IMG/VR virus record: IMGVR_UViG_3300037400_003286
Direction: 5' to 3' (one strand)
DNA from: a virus
Taxonomy: Duplodnaviria; Caudoviricetes
Length of the DNA: 64,000 bases
The notes beneath the pieces were generated by a model. The model ran no database searches. It worked only from the letters and a program-made list of their open reading frames with translations, and had not been told where the DNA came from. How positions within the stretch are numbered: the first letter of the stretch is position 1; each line of letters begins with the position of its first letter. A program made the translations under genes and the position numbers. Below are positions 58,060-64,000 of this stretch, piece by piece.

Positions 58060-59268
58060 ATGGATTCAAACAAGTTATTCAGTCCTGTAGGGGCAACGAA
58101 AGAAGAAAAGACAAACACAGAACAGTACAAAGTATCTTTTAAAGAAGGAAAGAATGGTGTCTATCGCTCAGTGATCAGATTTATTCCTAACTATGCTGAT
58201 CCTAGCAGATGTACGATGATTAAATCGGTTTCTTGGGTTAAGAACCCGATTACCCAGAAGGGAATGTATGTGGACGATCCTCGTTCAGTCGGTCAGCCTT
58301 CTCCTGTAACCGACATGTATTTCAACCTTTACAACACTCAGATTGCAACTTATGTTGATTGGGCTAAGGCACATCTTGGTTCAAAGAAGCAGTATGCGTC
58401 TCTCGTTCAGATTGTATCTGATGAGCAGCATCCTGAACTGGTAGGTCAGATCCGTGTGTTCGTATACGGTAAGAAGGTTTATGAGAAGCTGAACAACGAA
58501 GAGTATCCACAGGGTGCTGGTCAGCAGGGTATCAATCCTTTCCATCCTATCTATGGTAGAAAGTTCTCCCTTGTATGTACAAACCAGTCTGGCTTCAACA
58601 ACTTCGATCAGTCAAGTTTCTTTGACGAGAGAATTAACGGTAATCAGTTAGCACCTTCTGGAATGTGGTACATCGATCCAGCAAATCCTAATCAGTATTC
58701 AATCGTTGATGAGAATACAGATCCTGACGTTTTGATGGATTATCTGAGCAAGAATTCTCCTGATCTTTCCAAGTATGACTATCATGATTGGACAGAGGAA
58801 CAGACAAAGCATGTAGAGGAAGTGCTTGCAATCGCACGTAACTTCATGAACACAGGTTCTATGGCTGGTACTCAGATGCAAACAATGCAAGCTGGATTAC
58901 AGGCAGTTAATACACCTCATGTTCCAGGAGCAGCACCTGCACCAGCAGCACCTACATACAATCCTGCACCTCAGTTCCCTGGTGCTAATACTCCTGCACC
59001 TGCACCCGCAGTAGCACCTGTAGCACAGCCTGGTACATTTACACCAGCACCTGCTCCTGTTGCTTCTCCTGCACCAGCAGTTCAGGCTCCAGTATCTCCT
59101 GCTCCTGCTCCAGCAACCCCAGTGATTCCTGGAATGCCCGCAGCAGCACCTGCACCAGCAGTATCAGGCGTAACTCCTCCTACTGTAACTCCTAAGACTG
59201 TAAATGCTCCCGCAGCACCTGCGCCTGGACAGGGAATGAACATGGATGATATTCTCAAGCAGCTTTAA
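58060..59268 (+). CDS. gp32: gp32-like single-stranded DNA-binding protein with a Pro/Ala-rich tail
   Basis: VIRFIP, VFVYGKKVYEK, NPFHPIYG, NFDQSSF, terminal MDDILKQL; GATAAATA at 57983. Confidence 0.85.
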   Translation: MDSNKLFSPVGATKEEKTNTEQYKVSFKEGKNGVYRSVIRFIPNYADPSRCTMIKSVSWVKNPITQKGMYVDDPRSVGQPSPVTDMYFNLYNTQIATYVDWAKAHLGSKKQYASLVQIVSDEQHPELVGQIRVFVYGKKVYEKLNNEEYPQGAGQQGINPFHPIYGRKFSLVCTNQSGFNNFDQSSFFDERINGNQLAPSGMWYIDPANPNQYSIVDENTDPDVLMDYLSKNSPDLSKYDYHDWTEEQTKHVEEVLAIARNFMNTGSMAGTQMQTMQAGLQAVNTPHVPGAAPAPAAPTYNPAPQFPGANTPAPAPAVAPVAQPGTFTPAPAPVASPAPAVQAPVSPAPAPATPVIPGMPAAAPAPAVSGVTPPTVTPKTVNAPAAPAPGQGMNMDDILKQL

Positions 59269-59288
59269 AAGAGATTAATCATATAATC

Positions 59289-59325
59289 AAAAAAGCAATC
59301 AGGTTATTCACTTGATTGCTTTTTC
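59289..59325. terminator. Bidirectional terminator
   Basis: aaaaaagcaatcaggt-tattc-acttgattgctttttt. Confidence 0.75.
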
Positions 59326-61619
59326 TTTGTATTTGTTGTTGGATTATCCTTTCTTTTCTTTTTAAGGTTTCTTAATGTTTCCTTGTCCGTTTGAACACCA
59401 GCCTGTAAGTTCTGTATATTCATCTTGATTTCGCTTTTCTTCTCTTTTAGATCGTTGATCTTTTTATCTTGTGCTTCAATCATCTGTTTGATTGTTTCCT
59501 TGATTGGCTTGACACTTATAGATGGAATCATCGAAACCGTAGCCTTTATTGTATCAACAGCTATATTAAGTGCTGGTATAAGAGATCCAGGAATATCACC
59601 GAAATTGACAAATAGTAACATAGGTAAAGGGCATATTCCGCATATACCAAGTCCTATTACAACAGTTACTCTTCCTTTAATTACAACAAACGGTATGTAT
59701 ATAATAGGTAATGGTATAGGAACACCAGTAATTACAAGTCCAGTTGGCCAGTACATAGGAAGCATACAGTTTACTATTGTTGCTATTCCACAATATTTAA
59801 CCCAATATTCAAAGTCTGTTATACCGAACTGCGTCCTTAATGTATCTTCTCCGAACTGGTATCCGTTTTCATCTATGTTAGATGGTGGTGTACCGTTCAT
59901 ATAAGGAGCATTTATTTTCTCTGTTGTCGTTGTTGGCTCTGATATGTAGAAGAAATCATGCGGTTCATTATCTTTGAATACTGTGCTTTTTCCACTCCAA
60001 TCAGCTTCCTGGAATTGATCGAATATCTCTCCAGAGTTAATCTTAGGATCCTTATCAAGATAGAAACTTATAGCCTTATCAGCAAGTTTCCTAAGTATCT
60101 TCGCTTCAGACTGTACCATTTTCTTAAAAGGATCAAGATACTTACTTTCAAATGCATTATATGCTGATTGTGCTGATGCTATCACGTCTGGATTACCACC
60201 AGCAACACATATATTGTTATATGAAAGTATATACTCCTTTATATTCTGACTTCCTAATTGTTCCTTCAGAGTGAATATGTCATTATAGTCATCAGTTGAT
60301 GCAAACTGTTCAAAGTATTTCGGATCGATCTCTGATTCAATCTTTCTCAACTGCACAAAGAATATTGCGATTTTCTTCAGGTTGTTATAAAGCTGTTTCA
60401 TTGCTTTCTCTGAAGCAGTATCCTGTATCTGTGCATTATTGATGATACTGTTCACATCCATGTCTTTGTACTTCTCTTCTGCCGACATAGGTGGAGTATA
60501 GTTACACAGAGTCTCAAGATATTTGAGTACCTTTGAATACAATGTCACTCTTTTCTTGTCATATATGCTTGCCTCAATCAGATCCTTATCGTTATCCGCA
60601 TAGAAATCATAGAAGAATATCTGCTTGATCCTTCCATAGTAGTCATACATTTTGTCATCCCAATATTTTCTTATATTGTCATTACACAATGTATTGAACT
60701 TTGATATAAGACCAGCAATATTTGAACCGTTAAGCTCAAGTCTGCTTCTAACCTGTAGGAATGTTGTTAGATGATAGAAAAGCTCAACGACATATGGATT
60801 CTCATCATCATACACAAAATCATCACTTGTGATGTAGTCCATATATTCATCATAAAGCATCATATCACTTATTCTTCCAGAATTGTATCCGAATGACGGT
60901 ACGTTATTGTATTGCCATAATATCTGATCGAAATACTTTTTCTTTGTGCTGTCAAGAAGTCGTTTCAATCCCATCAGGTTTTCGTTCTCACAATAACTCT
61001 GTATACTTGATGCTTGGCATATATTCCTCATTTCATCATTATATCTGTCTATGATATTATCCGCAGCCTCATTGTAAATCTCACAGATACGTGACGTATT
61101 GTTATAAGCAAGAGATACACCTACGGATGTATGCTGGATATAGTTGTTTGCAATATCAGCACATCTGAATCTGAGTATATAATCTTTTATGAAGTTATTA
61201 GTAAATGAACTTTCCTTGAGAAGATCATTAAGCTGATCAAACTTGCTTTCCTTTTTGTCTGTAAATAGAGTCTGTAATGATTTATCGGAGAAATCCTTCA
61301 ATCCAAGATCGCTCATCAGATTATCGGTTGCCTTATCATATATACCGATGAAATATCTGTCAGTTACATCGGTTATGATTCCGCTTATCTTTGAATTTAC
61401 AGGAATTCCTCTCATATATCCTATTGTCTGATCTACACTTATTCTCTGTCCTGGCTTGATAAGTATTGTAGGTTTTTCTGATCCAAACTCAACAACGAAT
61501 TTATCTGGACCAGCTATTCCACTGAATAGTCCAGTTCCAAGAACGTAATCCAGATCGGTTGATGAATCAGGATCACATAATGATATGCAACATGGAAATA
61601 ATGTAGATGTATCGTCCAT
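59304..61619 (-). CDS. Hypothetical protein with an N-terminal lipoyl/biotinyl-like beta motif and a Pro-rich hydrophobic C-terminal region
   Basis: LIKPGQRISVDQTIG..SKISGIIT; GVPIPLPIIYIPF..GICGICPLP. Confidence 0.45.
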   Translation of the reverse strand: MDDTSTLFPCCISLCDPDSSTDLDYVLGTGLFSGIAGPDKFVVEFGSEKPTILIKPGQRISVDQTIGYMRGIPVNSKISGIITDVTDRYFIGIYDKATDNLMSDLGLKDFSDKSLQTLFTDKKESKFDQLNDLLKESSFTNNFIKDYILRFRCADIANNYIQHTSVGVSLAYNNTSRICEIYNEAADNIIDRYNDEMRNICQASSIQSYCENENLMGLKRLLDSTKKKYFDQILWQYNNVPSFGYNSGRISDMMLYDEYMDYITSDDFVYDDENPYVVELFYHLTTFLQVRSRLELNGSNIAGLISKFNTLCNDNIRKYWDDKMYDYYGRIKQIFFYDFYADNDKDLIEASIYDKKRVTLYSKVLKYLETLCNYTPPMSAEEKYKDMDVNSIINNAQIQDTASEKAMKQLYNNLKKIAIFFVQLRKIESEIDPKYFEQFASTDDYNDIFTLKEQLGSQNIKEYILSYNNICVAGGNPDVIASAQSAYNAFESKYLDPFKKMVQSEAKILRKLADKAISFYLDKDPKINSGEIFDQFQEADWSGKSTVFKDNEPHDFFYISEPTTTTEKINAPYMNGTPPSNIDENGYQFGEDTLRTQFGITDFEYWVKYCGIATIVNCMLPMYWPTGLVITGVPIPLPIIYIPFVVIKGRVTVVIGLGICGICPLPMLLFVNFGDIPGSLIPALNIAVDTIKATVSMIPSISVKPIKETIKQMIEAQDKKINDLKEKKSEIKMNIQNLQAGVQTDKETLRNLKKKRKDNPTTNTKKKQSSE

Positions 61620-62200
61620 TAGTTCAATGAAAATCCTTTTTCTTTTGCTTCACACAATTGCATGACTATGCTTCGTTGAAGGTTCTTTGCTTTTTCCTCA
61701 GCACATTTCTTTGCTGCCGTTTCTGAATTTACTGTATCTGGAAAGTCTGGATTCGTGTCTGGTTCTGCTGCTTCCTGTTCTGCTTTTTCAGCTTCCCTTA
61801 ATGCAAGGAACAATCCAGCAAGCATACCGATAAGAGGAAGTAGCATAGCTATAATTTTCCTGAAGTCTATTCCAGATTTATCTTTTCCGACATTAATATC
61901 TTTTATAGCGTGCATTTTTCCTATCACGCTCTCCCAAACTTTCTTTGGTGTATTCTTACCGTTATTGACAGCATCAAGTACTTCAGACAGAATATTGAAC
62001 TGCATCATTTTCAAGAATACCATTCGCTTGAAAGGAGGCATCTTGTCAAGTTTCTGATACAGTTTAGTTTTGGCATCAAGTTCTTGACCGTTATGAATCT
62101 GATCATTCGGTGTACTTTCGTTAGGTGTTGGTGTCGCTGTACCATTACCTAAATTGGTATGTGTTTTAGGATCGACGATCCCTGTACTTGTATCTGCCAT
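61619..62200 (-). CDS. Single-TM hypothetical protein
   Basis: IIAMLLPLIGMLAGLFLAL. Confidence 0.55.
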   Translation of the reverse strand: MADTSTGIVDPKTHTNLGNGTATPTPNESTPNDQIHNGQELDAKTKLYQKLDKMPPFKRMVFLKMMQFNILSEVLDAVNNGKNTPKKVWESVIGKMHAIKDINVGKDKSGIDFRKIIAMLLPLIGMLAGLFLALREAEKAEQEAAEPDTNPDFPDTVNSETAAKKCAEEKAKNLQRSIVMQLCEAKEKGFSLN

Positions 62201-62203
62201 TTA

Positions 62204-63739
62204 TTATAATATTTCTGGTTGTCCGTGATGTCCTGCTGCCGCATTTGCATCGTATGCTGCCCAGAACTGCCTACGTGTTCTACCAGATCCAGTTTTATAT
62301 CCCATGTGTACCCAACTTGTAGTTGATGTAGCAACGGATGATCCTTTATATTCTATAAGTATCTGATCAAATTGTATATGCTTGTTAGCTTGTAAAAAAG
62401 CTTTGATGAATCTAGAAAGGTATCTTGTTGCTGTTCGTTTTTGATCACCACCTCCTAAGAATCTTTTTAGCTGCACATCTATAGCGTATCCGTATTTATG
62501 TGCTGAGTTTTTGGCACCTCCTATCTGTGAATTGTATGCTGTAGGTCTGTATCCAGATGATATATGCCATGTAGGATCTATATGAAGCGTATTTGTTGCA
62601 TATTCTTCCCATGCTTTTCTTAATGGAACGAATAGATTTCTCATAGCTTCACCTACATTCTGCTTTGCGACATAGTTTTCCTGTGCTGTTCCATAATTAA
62701 CACGAGGATTATATATATTAAGATATGTAACTTCCTTATATTCTATAGCTCTGTCACTATCTGTTATTTCAACGTGCGGTATTTCTCCAGTAGGAAGATA
62801 CATTCCACCATCGTCATCTGCTGGTTCAGCAGCATCATATGTAAATTCTATAGGTTCATATTTTATAGGAGGTTCAATTACAGTTTCAAATAAAGCAACA
62901 CTTTCTCCTTCTTCTTTTGCTTGTTGTTGATAATATGCATCTATCTCTTTCCAGTAATCGCTATTATCTTCGAATAATGGGTTTACCTGATTTGCTGGTG
63001 CTTGCACTACCTGTGTTTGAGCATTAATTGTTCTTGATGTTGTAGCGTATATGTTTTCCTTAACTATCTTTATATTATGGTTAAGAACATCCTTAGGAGC
63101 AGGCATACCAGCTATTGTAGCAACAACATTTTCAGCAGCAGCCTTAACTTCTGATACAAATTCACACGGATTCTTCGACAGATCTGGCAGTGCAACTGTA
63201 ATCATAGGAAGCTCAAGTCCTTGATTTTCAGGAAGTTCTGTATCTAATGATTCTATGGATTTCTTTATTTTTTCAAGCTTTGATCGAATTTTATCTGTAG
63301 GCATCTTGATACCGTTAGCCTTGTTATATTCTATTACTGCATCCATCCAGGCATCTGTTTCTACCTGAGTATCAAAGTCTAATCCCCATCCAGTTCCAGA
63401 TTTGATCAATTGACCGTTTACTGTTTCTTCATATTCATATGCTCCTCTTGAATCAACAGACTTTATATTGAATTTTACATTGAATCCTTCCCCAGCATCA
63501 ACCTTATCGTTGTGGTCATATATGAATGACTCAACAGCATCTCTCCACTTATCAACTTCAAATGAAGGAATACCGTCAATACCATTTCTAACCATATATT
63601 CATTAACGTCACCGTTGAATGTTTCTTTTCCTTCCTCATCTACTCTTACGGTATGATAAAGGTCAAGTTTTGAATATATGAACATCGATGGTGTATTTTC
63701 TATATCACTTCTTGATATTGTATACTTAACTTCAGCCAT
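62204..63739 (-). CDS. Peptidoglycan hydrolase with a C-terminal peptidase M15A domain
   Basis: ISSGYR, GGAKNSAHKYGYAIDV, FDQILIE, WVHMG. Confidence 0.8.
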   Translation of the reverse strand: MAEVKYTISRSDIENTPSMFIYSKLDLYHTVRVDEEGKETFNGDVNEYMVRNGIDGIPSFEVDKWRDAVESFIYDHNDKVDAGEGFNVKFNIKSVDSRGAYEYEETVNGQLIKSGTGWGLDFDTQVETDAWMDAVIEYNKANGIKMPTDKIRSKLEKIKKSIESLDTELPENQGLELPMITVALPDLSKNPCEFVSEVKAAAENVVATIAGMPAPKDVLNHNIKIVKENIYATTSRTINAQTQVVQAPANQVNPLFEDNSDYWKEIDAYYQQQAKEEGESVALFETVIEPPIKYEPIEFTYDAAEPADDDGGMYLPTGEIPHVEITDSDRAIEYKEVTYLNIYNPRVNYGTAQENYVAKQNVGEAMRNLFVPLRKAWEEYATNTLHIDPTWHISSGYRPTAYNSQIGGAKNSAHKYGYAIDVQLKRFLGGGDQKRTATRYLSRFIKAFLQANKHIQFDQILIEYKGSSVATSTTSWVHMGYKTGSGRTRRQFWAAYDANAAAGHHGQPEIL

Positions 63740-64000
63740 TCAGGTCTTTCATGCATGTTTTCAGGTTCCAGAAAGAATCAGCAATATCATCCATACATAA
63801 TACGTAGTTTGACTTCTTTTTAAGATAGTCTGGATTATCATGCAGGACAGATATAAGATGATGATCAACGATCTGTCTTCCCATTGCTTCAATCATCGCG
63901 TCCTTTCCAAGTCCTTTCTTTGAACAATCTGCTGTTTTCTTAATTGTTATAGGAGAATATGTCTTGAGGTTTTTATATCCATGATTCTTCAAAGCCTCCA
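63732..64000 (-). CDS. C-terminal part of a RuvC-like Holliday junction resolvase (truncated by the window edge)
   Basis: YSPITIKKTA..GKDAM..DDIADSFW; frame open to the window end. Confidence 0.55.
   Translation of the reverse strand, partial: EALKNHGYKNLKTYSPITIKKTADCSKKGLGKDAMIEAMGRQIVDHHLISVLHDNPDYLKKKSNYVLCMDDIADSFWNLKTCMKDLNG

Noticed and set aside
1-64000. Stop-codon recoding (TAG to Gln) as in Lak or some crAss-like phages
   Set aside because: Long genes are intact in the standard code with no TAG interruptions. TAG is merely rare as a stop; the one I noticed, ending gp55, is followed directly by TAA.
1-64000. tRNA or rRNA genes
   Set aside because: No cloverleaf with a T-loop GTTCRA signature was seen in the intergenic gaps by eye; tRNAscan-SE would be needed to exclude them formally.

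Overview
A 64 kb segment of a large AT-rich T4-superfamily-like (jumbo) myophage genome in the standard genetic code. The host is very probably Bacteroidota: there are four copies of GTTGTATATTTGCA carrying the TAnnTTTG -7 element, A-rich leaders without Shine-Dalgarno sequences, a BACON-like domain and a DUF4422-like gene. The window holds neck, baseplate and tail genes (gp14-, gp53-, gp27-, gp5-, gp26/gp51-, gp3- and gp15-like), a gp55-type late sigma factor, and replication/recombination genes (UvsW, gp41, gp47/gp46, gp32, a RuvC-like fragment). It also holds class III RNR (nrdD with a LAGLIDADG intein, nrdG), an N6-adenine methyltransferase, glycosyltransferases, a solo TnpB and a MoxR AAA+/metallopeptidase/vWA operon. 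Observations beyond gene calls: (1) late-promoter genes, including the MoxR-peptidase-vWA module and a ferritin-like protein, carry (I/L/V/M)-x-E motifs clustered at domain boundaries, which suggests head-packaged, prohead-protease-processed cargo; (2) three promoter classes can be read from the DNA, one being a bipartite TAATCRTT-N13-CGTATAATA motif with invariant spacing; (3) a probable programmed +1 frameshift in the gp26/gp51-like pair; (4) strong over-representation of the palindrome GATCGATC; (5) candidate structured ncRNAs and a candidate T4-style origin. All family calls come from recognising motifs by eye; no database searches were run.
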